A stretch of DNA of 63,903 nucleotides, filler included, from Polymyxa betae A26-41 (lineage: Eukaryota > Protista > Endomyxa: Phytomyxea), in the NCBI GenBank assembly GCA_003693705.1. It is 6 parts of 6 records of this genome, joined end to end, with 100 filler letters (N's around TTAATTAATTAA, not from the genome) between each part and the next. Parts side by side here need not be neighbours in the genome. Positions count along the whole stretch, not along the records: positions 1 to 18,789 come from RBZT01000246.1; 5 more parts are not named here. One strand, given 5' to 3'. The notes under the pieces are model-generated. The model did no database searches. It saw only the letters and a list, made by a program, of their open reading frames with translations, and was not told the DNA's origin. Both the position numbers and the translations under genes were made by a program. Shown one piece after another: positions 1-11,846 of this stretch (positions within the stretch are counted from its first letter, which is position 1; each line of letters opens with the position of its first letter).

Positions 1-590
1 GATATGAAAGCCTGCTCTATTAATAACCCCCATGTCGGTAACGTTCCCCGGGGTCCGCACGGAGTGACTTTGTGTGCAGACGCATCCGCGTGCCACGGAG
101 TTCGCGTTCATCAGCATCGCGGATAGAGACCCCATGACGATCGGATTTGTGGAAGAGAACTCAGGCCGTACTCTAACGCAGCCACTCCGTACGGGGGTCT
201 CCACGATCTTCCCGCATTCCTTGGTACGGTGATGCGGCCTCTCCGAAACCCTAACCCTAACCTCCGCCCAGGTGCATTTCGAGGTGAACCCCGGCTGCGA
301 AGATCAGCAGTTCTTGGCGGTATTCAGCAGCGTATGAAACCCTAAACCCTAAACAACTCAAACCCTAACGCCTCTGTTAGGATGATCCCGGTGTCGATAC
401 CACAAATGTCGCATTGCTAAAGATGCCGCCTGTTGCCATTGCGAATTCGTTTCGCCTGACGATTGAGGAGGCCAACGATTTGGTTGCAAAACAGATTGCC
501 GGTACTGGTCCATTCCCCGGAGAGCCCGAATGCCGACAGAAATGCAATTTGAATCCGCCCGTCTTCGTTCAGCCTCCTCCCGCGAACTAG
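1..590 (+). CDS. Germin/spherulin-like cupin protein, 5' truncated by the window edge; exons 1-33, 80-223, 272-331, 381-590
   Basis: Splicing three GT-AG introns (46, 48, 49 nt) gives DMKACSINNPH-THPRATEF...GFVEENSGR...TIFPHSL-VHFEVNPGCE...FSS-DDPGV...ECRQKCNL...*. This contains the germin box PHTHPRATE and the downstream metal-binding His. Missed by the ORF track. Confidence 0.9.
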
Positions 591-1266
591 TTCCATTATG
601 CTCTTCATATCCCAAAAATCTGACCTATGAATACAGCTGTATATGTGTTTAGTTATCATCAGAGAGATTCTAATTTTGTCATTCCCGGAAGATTCGGCTC
701 CCCTTACTTATTGTAGAACTCGGATTTCGTATCAGCAGCCAGACACTGTGAAAAACGAAATAAACCCAGGATGGAATAATCTCACAATCCGGCTGTGTCC
801 AATCATAGATGTACGGAGGCGTTTACCGCTCTCGTCTACGGAAAGGTGGCTTCAAAACTCACAAAAGTCTTCCTGCTTTTCTTTAACATCTTGATGCCCT
901 TTTTTCCGAGCTGTTGCAGACGATTTCAGGAATCGCTTAAGCAACATCGTCGAATATGTGGTCGTCTGCGTTGAAATCGTGTGCTGGCCCATCGAGGATG
1001 TTCCAATCAGAAATCGTGATGGAGGAGATTTCGATTCTCGGGAGAGAGCTGACCGGTTCAACCGTGTTAAGCAGTTTTAAGCCGGATAGCGGATTGGAAT
1101 TGGCTTCTGAAGAGACATGTTGGGTGAACATGCTCCTAATTATGTAGTGACGAATATTGTTAGGGTTTGGGACTTCTACATCGATACGAGAATGATTAAG
1201 AAGGTTCTCATTCTCAGGAACCATAATTGATGCAGAGTATCAAGATCTCATCAATTCTCAATACCA

Positions 1267-1373
1267 GATAGGCTGCGACAGATTGGCTGCAACACATGGG
1301 CTGCGACAGAAGGGCTGCGACACATGGAGCTGATGGTCTGTGACAGATGGGCTGCGACAGATGGGCTGCGACC
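1267..1373. repeat. Minisatellite of ~14-bp unit GATGGGCTGCGACA, about 7 degenerate copies
   Basis: Repeated GGCTGCGACA cores are directly visible; possibly a DNA-transposon subterminal repeat. Confidence 0.8.
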
Positions 1374-2010
1374 TATATTGGGGTCGGTTCAACTATCAAT
1401 GAAGATGATCTGCTGGCACGTTAGCGCTAGGGTTTAGAATTTCCGTGCAGATTGATTCCAGATCACGCTCTGGAGAAGATGACGCCAGGATTGACGGCTG
1501 TCACCAATCTGCGATCATCGTCGTACTGGTCCGGGAATGTCATCATCATGGGCGATTGCATGATTGAATCATATCTTGGCCTTTGTCCGGAATGTGGAAA
1601 TAGCCGCAAAATGGCACAGAGTGACACCGTCGATGCAGTTTGTCAACGTTTTATAGAACCCCTATCGCCACGTTACATTCATTGCTCTGAATGTCATCCT
1701 TCATGCAGGCAAAAAAATCATCTTCACAGAATTCCGAGCTGGATGTGAAAGAGCGGCTCGGATTAGAACCAGATCCTGCGATTTCGGTCTTATTAAGGCG
1801 GCTCTATGATGGATTGAAAGATCCTCTCTGATAATGTGACTTGCAGCAAGTTGGTGACAGTAGTGGGTTTTAGGGTTAGGGTTTCTACAGATGCTGCTAA
1901 CAATGTCTGGATGAAATTGCTTCTCTGCAGGGTCATACAAACGACATTTTCGTCTCATCATGTTCAGAAACTGATTTATTTAACCGAACGAATTTCAAAC
2001 AGCTGATTCA

Positions 2011-2610
2011 TCACAGCTCTGGTCTGAAATCCTCCTCATTCTCATTGTCGATTTCAATTTGCGCGGATCTTTCCGCCGTCTCCGCCGGGACCTTTATCGG
2101 CTTACAGGTTGGTCTCGAAAACAGCCGTTTAACAATCTCCGTGAAGGGCTCCGCGAATTCCGGCGATCTTTCGAACGCGGCCTGATTCTGATAGAACGCG
2201 TACACCTGGACGGCATTGGGCCAGTCCACGCGCAGATAGAACGACTCGTCCAGGCTGCAGATCACCGGGAGCCGGTACAACTTGCGCCCGAATCCGGCAC
2301 AGCGGCTGTCATCGGTCGTGTTGTAGCAATCGGGCCGCAGCGGGTCCGTACGGATATCCCAGGTCGCGAGCCAGTCCGCGCACATCGCCGCGCTCGGCAC
2401 CGGCGACGTCCGCACGACCGCGTCCGCATCGTCGTCCCCGAACCGGCGCCATTTCGTCTTCGTCGGTCCGAGGTTGTGCACGACCCAGGTCTCGTTCTCG
2501 GGGGACGTCGTCCGCCGCCCGATCAAGACGACGTTCTCGGTGCAGTTCTTGGTGAAGGCGGCGCCGAGCGGGGCCAGTACGGCCACGACGATGATGATGG
2601 GTGAGATCAT
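2011..2610 (-). CDS. Secreted orphan protein, 199 aa, candidate effector
   Basis: GC-rich intronless ORF; hydrophobic signal peptide MISPIIIVVAVLAPLGAA; several Cys; no recognisable domain. Confidence 0.8.
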   Translation of the reverse strand: MISPIIIVVAVLAPLGAAFTKNCTENVVLIGRRTTSPENETWVVHNLGPTKTKWRRFGDDDADAVVRTSPVPSAAMCADWLATWDIRTDPLRPDCYNTTDDSRCAGFGRKLYRLPVICSLDESFYLRVDWPNAVQVYAFYQNQAAFERSPEFAEPFTEIVKRLFSRPTCKPIKVPAETAERSAQIEIDNENEEDFRPEL

Positions 2611-4115
2611 AGCGAATGGCGTAATGAGGTATGGAGGGGTGCTGGGGCAGGCAAAAGGGGTAGTGACCGGGGGGATGCTTCTGGACTTTTGTATCTTGTG
2701 AAAGGTCTGGACACTGTAACGGCATGCGTAACGTTATCACTGGGATTTCTTGACACCGACCAACTTAAAGCCTGAAAAGACAGACCGGTTAAGTTTTAAG
2801 CCGGAGCGATATAGCCACAAAAATCTGGAAATAGTTTGCGTATACCTCACTAATGTCAAAATAATAATTTTTTCTGACTGGAATCGACCATTTTGTTTTT
2901 TTTTTCAACTAACGCTATTTGACTCGTTATTACCTATGTTGAATTTATCGACTCTCGAGTGTCTTATTGTGCTCTCCCATTGAATTGGAAATGACTAATT
3001 GGGTGTTCTTGGTCAAAACATCAGGTGACGGCAGTTCTCAGGCGTATGGTCTCAAGGTTGCTCGTGAGATGATCTCATCAACACGGGTCGCGTCTTGCAG
3101 GTTCGAGCCATAAGCGAATCGTCGGCCTAATTCATACTGTCCGATATCACGAGATCATATGGAGCCTGTCATCTCCAGCAATAGATGTTGGAGCTCACAA
3201 ACTCTTCATTGATCATTGACCTCGATGCCCATTACTGTTTTTTTGGACTAAATCGCGCTAAATTTGTGTCGCTGATGGAAATCTGTGATAAAGTTGGTTT
3301 TTAAATCGTTCTTTTAATTGAATTCGAAAGACTTCAAACCAGTTTGTTTCATTTCAGCAGTGTTATCTCTTCGGACGCAGCGACTGCTTCGTATTCATCA
3401 TTTTCTGAGAGGGTGTTTGTGTGCGGCAGGTCATTGAATAGCAGTGAGGAGTTCCGATATCGAGGACGTTCAGATCCGTACTATGTATTCACAAACGAAA
3501 TTGGATTTGAAATGGAGCTTGAGGCGATTGAATCTCTCTTAATCTCTTAGCAGTTCGGATGCATTCATACTAAACAGTTATAAACCTCATTTTACAACGA
3601 TCAAAATTAGCCATTTCCTTGCATAAAACCCTAAAACCGAACTATTATAGGTACAGAAGCAATGACTCTGAAACAGTCGAACTGGATAATCTGAATAGCA
3701 CTATGTGAAAACACGGCTTCGTTCCAAATCTCAGGCTGAGACTGTTCAATATATCGATACCACCTTGAAGGGTTGAATCCCGAAACTTGTGCGTTGAAAC
3801 CCCATTTTTCGAGGGCAGCCCACTGAATTACATGTGTTACGGATGTAAGCGCCTGGTCCAAGTAGAACAGAGTTTCTCGTAGTAAATAGACAGCAGGTAT
3901 AATGCTTTAAAATACGTTTAACAGAGCACCAAATGCGGGAGCCGCCCGCAGCAGACCATCCGGTCGATCTCTTTGTACCCGAAACAAGACGATCCCATCA
4001 GAGTTCGAGAACATGAAAATCTTCTCGAACATTTTCGTCGTATTATAAAATTCCCAGACCCTCACAATACTGTTCATTAAATACACAGATCACTATCTGA
4101 ATCATCTCACGAACT

Positions 4116-4928
4116 ATGTCACTTCTTAAGCTGCTCTCTGTCTCTCTATTGCTTCTCATAATCGAAGCTCGATTCGGACAAGAAAACCCGCCCGCTATTA
4201 ACAAAATCCGGGACTGTAACGGTGGCGGCGGTGGCACTGTCAACGGACAGTTGGCGGCATTGGCAGGGTCCGCTATCAGCACGTTACTTGGTGCCGCAGA
4301 TCCGTGCGCACAACAGGATAAAGCCGACGAGATCATCGATTTCGCGCGGCAAAACAACCTCCCGCAAGCGTGCGTCGCGGCAGCCGTCGAACTGCGTCGC
4401 GCCGAGCGCAACGTAAACCCGTTCGTGCGAACGAACCCGTGTTCGGACATCTGCGCGCGACTCCCCCGCAATCAGCAACTCCGTGGCTCCGTCCAGGCTT
4501 TCGACCCCGCCTGCAATCTGGACGCATTTTTCGCCGCCAACCCCGCACAGAAGGCCAATTTCGATCGGCAACGCGGGGCCAGTACGGGCGGCGGGAATCA
4601 GGCTGCGCCGCCCAAAGTGACGGTGGCAACAGCTCCGAAGACGACTGCGCCCCAAGCGACAACGCTGCCACGATGCGACGGCAATCTGCAGCGATTCAAC
4701 GGCGCACTTGGCGGATTCCGTGCGCCAGCCGTGAACCGCGTGGGCAATCAGTTTCAAGTTCAGGGGAATGCCATGTTCAAGCAGTTGTCGAGTGCTCTGG
4801 GGCGATCCTGCGTCGTGCAACATAACAAGTGCGCGGACGCGGCCAATGCCAGTGGAAATCGTAACGGATTCACAGTTGGTGCGTGTGATCAACAACAGGG
4901 TCAATGTGACCAATTTCAACGGGCCTGA
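4116..4928 (+). CDS. Secreted Cys-rich two-domain protein, 270 aa, resembling uncharacterised fungal secreted proteins
   Basis: Signal peptide, then a domain with LLGAADPCAQQDKADEIIDFA, a T/P/A linker, and a C-terminal domain NLQRFNGALGG...ALGRSCVVQHNKCADAAN...FTVGACDQQQGQC. Confidence 0.85.
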   Translation: MSLLKLLSVSLLLLIIEARFGQENPPAINKIRDCNGGGGGTVNGQLAALAGSAISTLLGAADPCAQQDKADEIIDFARQNNLPQACVAAAVELRRAERNVNPFVRTNPCSDICARLPRNQQLRGSVQAFDPACNLDAFFAANPAQKANFDRQRGASTGGGNQAAPPKVTVATAPKTTAPQATTLPRCDGNLQRFNGALGGFRAPAVNRVGNQFQVQGNAMFKQLSSALGRSCVVQHNKCADAANASGNRNGFTVGACDQQQGQCDQFQRA

Positions 4929-5618
4929 TCGATGACTGCCAATTGTCGGTAACATAATATGCACACTGGCTGTGTAACGTGATAAAGTATGGAATTTGAA
5001 TGATAATAAAAGTGACTTCATCGAGGATTGAAGAATCGAGTCAGATGTCGTTTTCGGCGGCGAATTTGTAGGAGAATCACTAAACCCTAACCCTAAGCCG
5101 GGGAACTGTACATCTACGACAGCTGCGGCAGAGCCCTTCAAACACATAGTCACGATATATCTGGAGGTGTCTTTACACCGACAAAAAATCAGTGATCTTT
5201 ATTTCATATTTGCTCTTGATGACTTCTTTATCATCATTAATTTACGCGATCGAAGCAAAAATTTGAGAATGTTTCACAAAAGTTTGAGTTTCTTTAAAAA
5301 TGAAATGAAATTGAGGACTTTTCCTGCAATCACTGTCACGTCGTTCTGTGGTGTTCTCTATTGTTCTTGGCGTCAGTATAAAGAGAGATTCCTTTTGTTC
5401 CTGATTGAATCATCACAGACAGTGTCCAAACCAATATCGCAGATTGTATTGAAAGACAATGATCTAATCCATGATGGCAATAACACCGCTAAATCCTTTT
5501 TTTCAACATGACACGAAATCGAGCAGCATTTATTCCACGTTTCGAATGATAATTATGCTACAAAATGACCAACAAAGTCGGAAGATTCCAAACCTGGGTG
5601 TGTTTATAACAATATCGC

Positions 5619-6998
5619 TCAACAGAGATTATTCGGATTACGACAAAAAAATGGCTTCAGCAGGTTTTTGAAAAAAGCGAATAAAAACATGCATATCAAT
5701 ATCATCATGAAGGGCTTTGTGTACGGAATCTCTTTTGCCACTATGACAGCCAAATACAGACGCAGCATTGTCAGAGCGAAGGGATAAACAGCATGCCGTA
5801 AATGCTGTCTAGACAGATAATATCCGGGAACATGTTGTAGAAACCCTACCCAAAGTGGTCGGAAAATCTTTTCAGGTCCTTTGAGCACATAATCCATAAT
5901 TGTATCTCCGTCATAATTCACATGAATAATATCGGACATGAACGGCTGCCTAAGAATCACCTTGGACAAGTTTTCCGCTTCGTACAAATACACGCTGATT
6001 AAAACGCGGACAAACGCCTCAGGATGTTGTCGAACACGAGCCTGGAACAGCGGAGTCTGTATAAGCGCTGCCGCGGAAGTCGAATCCGGCTGCGTACGCA
6101 TAATCGAAAGGCAATCATTGAACGGACTTCCGGGAAGGATAGGAGCCAGAAGCGGACTTATCCGCAGGAGCGTATCAAGACAAGGCTCTAGATTATTTGT
6201 CCGCAATATCCAACCAACATTATAAAAGTAATCGAAGTTGAATCGAACCCCGTAACGTAACAGGGCCAGGACGACCTGCTCGTCGCATAACAGCGTAATT
6301 TCGTGTTGGTTCAGCGAGCTTAATAAGCGATCCGCTATGATATGGTTGTTGGGGAAGAAATTGAAACGGGGCGGATAGCGACTGCGGACGGCGGCGATTA
6401 AGTCCGCAGAGATCAGCGTGTTGCGGACTTCGGCATCCGAAATGCGGAGGGCGTCGATCTTGTCGAGGATAGGCTCGGGAATACCAACAGGCTCAGGACC
6501 CAGATTGAAACTATCAAGTCCGGAGATGATGGTGGCGGACTTTACGGATGCCGTTCCGAATGCGGACACTACATTCATGAATATATTCCCATCTACATGA
6601 TTAATCAGCACGTTCAATAGATGAGTGATATCCTGAGCTGATAGAGTGCTGGCCATCAGGCGGTCGTACAGGCCCAGAGCCGACTGCGGAGTGAGATCCC
6701 GCAGGACGAATCGGTTCTGGTTCGCCACGCAATCCACCCAGAAGCGGATTTCATTGGCGAGTTCGGAGTCCGGAATACTGAAGGGATGTAACAGCAGTGT
6801 TTGGACTCTCAGAGCAGGAGACAGTCCGTGACGCAGATAGCAACATGTATCAGAGAGTTGCTGCCAGCAGTCCGGGGTACGGAGTAGAATGTTGGACTGA
6901 ATGTCGAGTGGCAGACTCTGGAACGCAGATGGCGGCTCTGATGTGCCTGCGGCCAGTACGGCCCCTGTCACCAACGCTGTCAGGAGCGGTGCGATCAT
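5619..6998 (-). CDS. Secreted protein with F-box-like N-terminus (family member 1); last exon uncertain
   Basis: ATG at 6998, signal peptide MIAPLLTALVTGAVLA, then FQSLPLDIQSNILL...LSDTCCYLR, VVLALLRYGVRF and an ankyrin-like DGDTIMDYV. The AT-rich ORF tail may be an intron read through, with a final exon ending near 5529. Confidence 0.8.
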   Translation of the reverse strand: MIAPLLTALVTGAVLAAGTSEPPSAFQSLPLDIQSNILLRTPDCWQQLSDTCCYLRHGLSPALRVQTLLLHPFSIPDSELANEIRFWVDCVANQNRFVLRDLTPQSALGLYDRLMASTLSAQDITHLLNVLINHVDGNIFMNVVSAFGTASVKSATIISGLDSFNLGPEPVGIPEPILDKIDALRISDAEVRNTLISADLIAAVRSRYPPRFNFFPNNHIIADRLLSSLNQHEITLLCDEQVVLALLRYGVRFNFDYFYNVGWILRTNNLEPCLDTLLRISPLLAPILPGSPFNDCLSIMRTQPDSTSAAALIQTPLFQARVRQHPEAFVRVLISVYLYEAENLSKVILRQPFMSDIIHVNYDGDTIMDYVLKGPEKIFRPLWVGFLQHVPGYYLSRQHLRHAVYPFALTMLRLYLAVIVAKEIPYTKPFMMILICMFLFAFFKNLLKPFFCRNPNNLC

Positions 6999-9519
6999 GA
7001 AAGCAATTTGGGAGTCGCGACTGACGAAGGTCACAGTGCCAAAACCTGCGTGAAAGTCCGTGACCCAATTTCCAAGTGAGCGGCCTATCTTTTTGAAATG
7101 TTTTTTTTGGAATTTTTTTGAAAGTTTTGCACAAAATGTTTTGGATTTTTTTCAAAGTTGTTCATCACCGTACGGGAAGTCATAATCCTCATCTGCGCCC
7201 ATACAACGGCGCACAAGCCCTAAGTCCCCGGGTCCAAGACCCCTCGGCCACAAAACTTCCTATAAATCGATAGATCCCATCGTCCTGAACAAGCTTATAG
7301 AAGATTTTTTCTAAAATATAAATTCATTGCATCTGTGAGTAAGAATTTCGGAGATTTCAGACGCTCTGGGGGAATCCTTTCAATCATCGGAAACCCCTCA
7401 AAAAATGTTCCGGAGATGAATGCCGATCTAAACTGTTAACTGCCTATCAGTCTATGAATCAGGTCCGAGATGGTGCTTTCATCAACATTGACCCTCCTGA
7501 TTTACAAAATGGCATCAATCCGCTCTCAAAACGGATGAAATTTAGTTCAAAGGGTTTCGTTCTGCCATTGTTTAGCGGTTTTCCTGAATTTATCAAATTG
7601 TTTGATTTGATGTCGAAAAGATCGCCGACTACACTACTCAGTGTGCTTTTCTAGTTAGATAAATTCCCATTGAATGGGGAATCTCGTACTGAATCTGTCA
7701 TTCAGAAAAAGCAGCCTGAGGATGACGAGTACGCGTTTCTTACTGATACAAACATATCGTTCCCATCGAATGCTAGAAAACACGCTGCAAAAGACCCCAT
7801 TATTATCAAAGTTCTCGATGATCAGATCATATTGACCGAAACCTCGGAAATATCAACTTCGAAGACCACGTTACACAAGTTGACATTGGTGGCCAGAGTT
7901 TATGTCTAAAAATAGTTCGGGCCAAGATTACCGATCCGAAATTGAACACGAGAAAGGAAGGCTGTGGTGATTGGCTGCGGAATACATGTTACCCAGTACT
8001 GTCATGTGTTACAATATGCTGTCAGAATGATTTTCGGACTTTTCAATCTCGATGGGGGGATCCGTTGTCTCATAGTCGTTTTTGGAAGCTTTGTGATTGG
8101 CGCAGTCACAAGAGGAAACAATGCGGATTTGAGACTCTCATTGTCAGTAACAATGAGAAATACTCCATCAAATCACAACTAGTTCTTGATAGAGGAGGCC
8201 GCGCTTATTGTCTATTGCTATATTCTATGAGAGGATTCGAGACGGTATTACCACTGTGTTTTAAGTTTATTTGGTATTTTCTGAATATATCACAGAAACT
8301 CATATTGGAATGTATTCAGCCAATGAATGATGAACTGAATTTGCGTAATTTGAATCCTTCATCTGATCTGAGTGAATATCTCCGAGATTCTCTAAATCCA
8401 ATAATATACTGTCTTGAACATCATTGTAATAATGATGTCAATTATTTCTCTCATATATTTGGACATTATATAGATCATTATCAATTCAACTGAATTACTG
8501 TCCTGGACATACTGGACAATGTCCTGCTCTATCTGCGGTAGATTCTCACAAGAGTATCTAATCATTAAAGGATTTTTAAACTTTCAGCTCTATAAGATCA
8601 TAAAGGTCCATAAGTTTGCATGTTCTTGAATCCATCAAACAAATATCATATCATCAATATGATCGAAATCAATCAAATCCATTCTGCAAAGAGAGCAGTA
8701 TGTTACAGAATCTGATTCTGTTTGCACGTCTGTATGGGAGATTGAACTAATCTGCTATCGGCGGCGCGGCAGCTGTTGGCCCTCTCATCCGCAGTTCCTA
8801 TAACTGTGAAGACTACCGATTCCATTTTTCGTGTCGAAACCTTTGCAACTCGAAATATACAATATCACAATTTTTCTAAGGAATGCCGATTGCTCGCCAT
8901 TTTGGTCCTCAGGAACCCCTATTTCAAAAGAGGAGCCCTCAGTATTTCACCTATCAATGAATCAAACTCTAACCCTAACCCCTCTCAGTAGGACCTAAAA
9001 GAGCCTCGCGATGGTAGAATAGGCACCCGCCCAACCCATCAACGACTCGAGCCCTGTATTCTATTCCTCTCAAGACCCCCTATTGGCTATCCCAGCTTAC
9101 TATTTTCTTGTTATATATAACATCCATGCTTGTGAGCTTCCATTTGGATATCGGCCACGAATTGTTCTTGTAGATAGAGCGATGTGAAAATCTGTTTGTT
9201 TGTTTATTCGGGTTGTTTCGCCACAAATAGGCGATATAGGCGACACATTATCCACTTGTGCAGGGGCTGCAAGAACAGCTACTCGTACTGGTATTAGGAG
9301 TTTTGTTTCACCTTGTGACTCGTCTTGGTTCTTGGTGTGAACGTACCAGTTCAGGGCTTTATGGGACCTCTGCAACTTGCTCTCTCAACTGGTACTTCAC
9401 CCGATGACAAATCTATCTTTAAACGGAATTTGTCGTTATCCATTCGGCATCGAAAGACCTTCCGATGTGATGGGATTAATCACGCACAAATCGGTACAAC
9501 TGTTGATGCGAAAAACAAA

Positions 9520-9556
9520 TGTCTCCAACGTGGTTCGAACTCGCGACCCCTCGATG
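9520..9556 (-). pseudogene. tRNA-like 3' half (T-arm plus acceptor strand)
   Basis: Minus strand GGGGTCGCGAGTTCGAACCACGTTGGAGACA followed by TTTGTTTTT; no matching 5' half seen nearby. Confidence 0.4.
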
Positions 9557-9771
9557 ACGCGGTTCCGTGTGAAAATCTGTGTGTGTATTGGTCGCGGAGT
9601 TTTTTCCGTCTCGAAAGTCGTAACTGGAATTAGTATTTCCCACTCTCAGTGTTGAAATCCAAAACACAACTTCGACAAAATTCGTGAAATTAGTGCGTGG
9701 CCGGATTGATCGCAATTCATCATTCGCAAATGATCTTCCGGTGTCCGTGGCGGTCCTGCTATCCATTCCCC

Positions 9772-11379
9772 ATGTCCAACCGAATCATGCTGTTCGGCGT
9801 CGGCGTCGCTGTCGTTCTGCTCACCGCCGCCGCCGCCGCCTCTTCCGACGACATTCTCAATCCGTCTCTGACGTCAGGTCTCACACGCAATCTGCGGCAT
9901 TTCTCGCACTGCTACAACAACCAGCTCGATATCGCGTCCGGAGGCTGCGGGTCCGTATTCTCCGCAGTCGCCTGTACTGGCTCCCATCGTGTCGCCGTCA
10001 AATCCTGTGCTGCCGACGACGTCCACGCGCGACGCGAACTCGCGTTTCTGACGAACTTCGCGTCCGGCGCGGCCTACCTCGGCATTCCGCGCCTGTTCGA
10101 TGCCGCGCACCGCCCGCACCAACATGCCCTCAATATCGTCATGCAATATTTCCAGGGTTGGCTGCCGACGGTCTCCGTATCGGCGTCGTACTGACCCCTC
10201 TTATGCAGGCGCGGATCTGTCGTCGCGGGCTCTGAATCGGGTCCGGATGGAGAATTGGACGTTTGCGAAGATGCCGCGCGAGAAGGCCGCAAAAGCGCTG
10301 GGCGTTCTGGAGGAGATGTTGCGCGGGAAGTTTCGGGAAGATGCCGAGGAGGCCGCCCTGCGTAAAGAGATCGTTCACGTTGTCGGCTTGATGGAGAATC
10401 GCCTGATGATGATGCTGTACAAGATCACGGCGATTGTTAACATGATCCACGGACTTGGATACGTTCATCTGGATCTGAAGCCGGCAAACAGTAGGGAGTT
10501 GTGATCGACGGGACTGCCCATGACATGTTGCAGTTCTGTGCGACGCCCGCGACAACATCATGATCGTTGATTTCGGACTTGTGCTGCCCATGAACGAGAA
10601 GAATCGAAAGTTGATGCAATCTGGCCCCGAGTATGAAAATATCATGACGATTTTCACATTTGAAAATCCCATACTGATTCTCACATTTTAAAATTTTTAA
10701 GATTTCTTTCTGATTTTAAAATTTTAGAATTTCAAGCTGATTTTCACATTTTTAAATTTCTAAAGTTCTTTCTGATTTTCGCATTTTAGAATTCCATGCT
10801 GATTTTTTTTAATTTTTACAATTTTTTACATTTTCAGTTTTTAAAATTTCATGCTGCTTTTCACATTTTATTTCGGTTTTCTTTGTTTTCGTGCTCCCTA
10901 TTATCATCAATATGGAATTTCGTAGATGTGATTCTGGAAGTCCGGGTTGGTCTGCTCCGGAGATGTATCATAACACCTACGGCTACGCCACTGATATGTT
11001 CATGTTGGGGAGAATCGCCAATTCCCTCGTTGACGCTCTTCCTGTTCGCTTCACCAATACGCACTTTCCTCGTTTGATCGAATTCATCCGTCTCACCTCG
11101 TATGAAGATCACGAGCCTCGATGCACCGCCGAACAACTTCTCAAGGCCGAATGCTTCCACACGGAGCGCCAGTATTACCGCGATGGGGATCTGCACGACC
11201 ACGAAGTCCTCCCGGTTCCACTGGAGGAGATTGTTGCGCTGAAGGGTTTCAACGCGAACTTCTTCGAGACGTTCGAGAAGCCCGAGGCGGGCTGCTCCAT
11301 TTGGAAACATATTCGTGCTACTTGGAAGGAATTTGATGGAAAGAAATCCTCGCTTTCTTGTTTTCATGCAACTGAATAA
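9772..11379 (+). CDS. Signal-peptide-bearing Ser/Thr protein kinase, 405 aa; exons 9772-10156, 10209-10490, 10534-10630, 10926-11379
   Basis: Spliced product is in frame (1218 nt) and contains ASGGCGSVF, VAVK, RRE, HLDLKPANIL, DFG, GSPGWSAPE and DMFMLG. N-terminus MSNRIMLFGVGVAVVLLTAAAAAS. Confidence 0.92.
10631..10925 (+). repeat. 295-nt kinase intron built from degenerate T-rich tandem repeats
   Basis: Recurrent CTGATTTTCACATTTT(A)AAATTT and ATTTTAGAATT motifs between the GT and AG ends. Confidence 0.75.
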
Positions 11380-11846
11380 TACACGGCGGAAATCTTCACC
11401 AAACCCTAACCCTCCATTTTGTTCAAGGAAAACTCTATTAGGTCAACTCGATCTATCGACCGTCGTCATTTAACGGTGAAATTTTTCCAGGTGAAATTGT
11501 TGTTTTAACATCAATCTGGTTGCAGATACCATCACATTTAGAGGATGAATGTATCGTTGTAAAGCCGTTTGCCGCAAACGATCGGATAAAGGACAGTGCG
11601 GAAACTTTTCGCAAAAAAACAAAATAATTCCTTGATGAGTGGCTCAGTGTTGCGTTGTCATTAATCGGATAACGAAACCTGGCTAGGGTTTCGGGTTACT
11701 AATGCAAGAGGGTAAACTTGCTCTCTGAGCATCTAAACGCTGCCAAGAAACAAAGTTCCGATTTTCCGAAAACTATCGTCTATTTGTCGAATATCATTCG
11801 AGAAACTTGTTTAGGGTTTATCTCAAAGTTGGCCGATTGTGCGGCT

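Noticed and set aside
358-659. Minus-strand ORFs of 80-85 aa
   Set aside because: Antisense to the last exon of the spliced germin-like gene.
2059-5153. Long antisense or overlapping ORFs over GC-rich genes (also at 42-45 kb and 61-63.5 kb)
   Set aside because: Expected from GC-rich codon usage; the opposite frame carries the recognisable protein.
7454-8493. Several 66-183 aa ORFs
   Set aside because: AT-rich, inconsistent frames and no recognisable domain.
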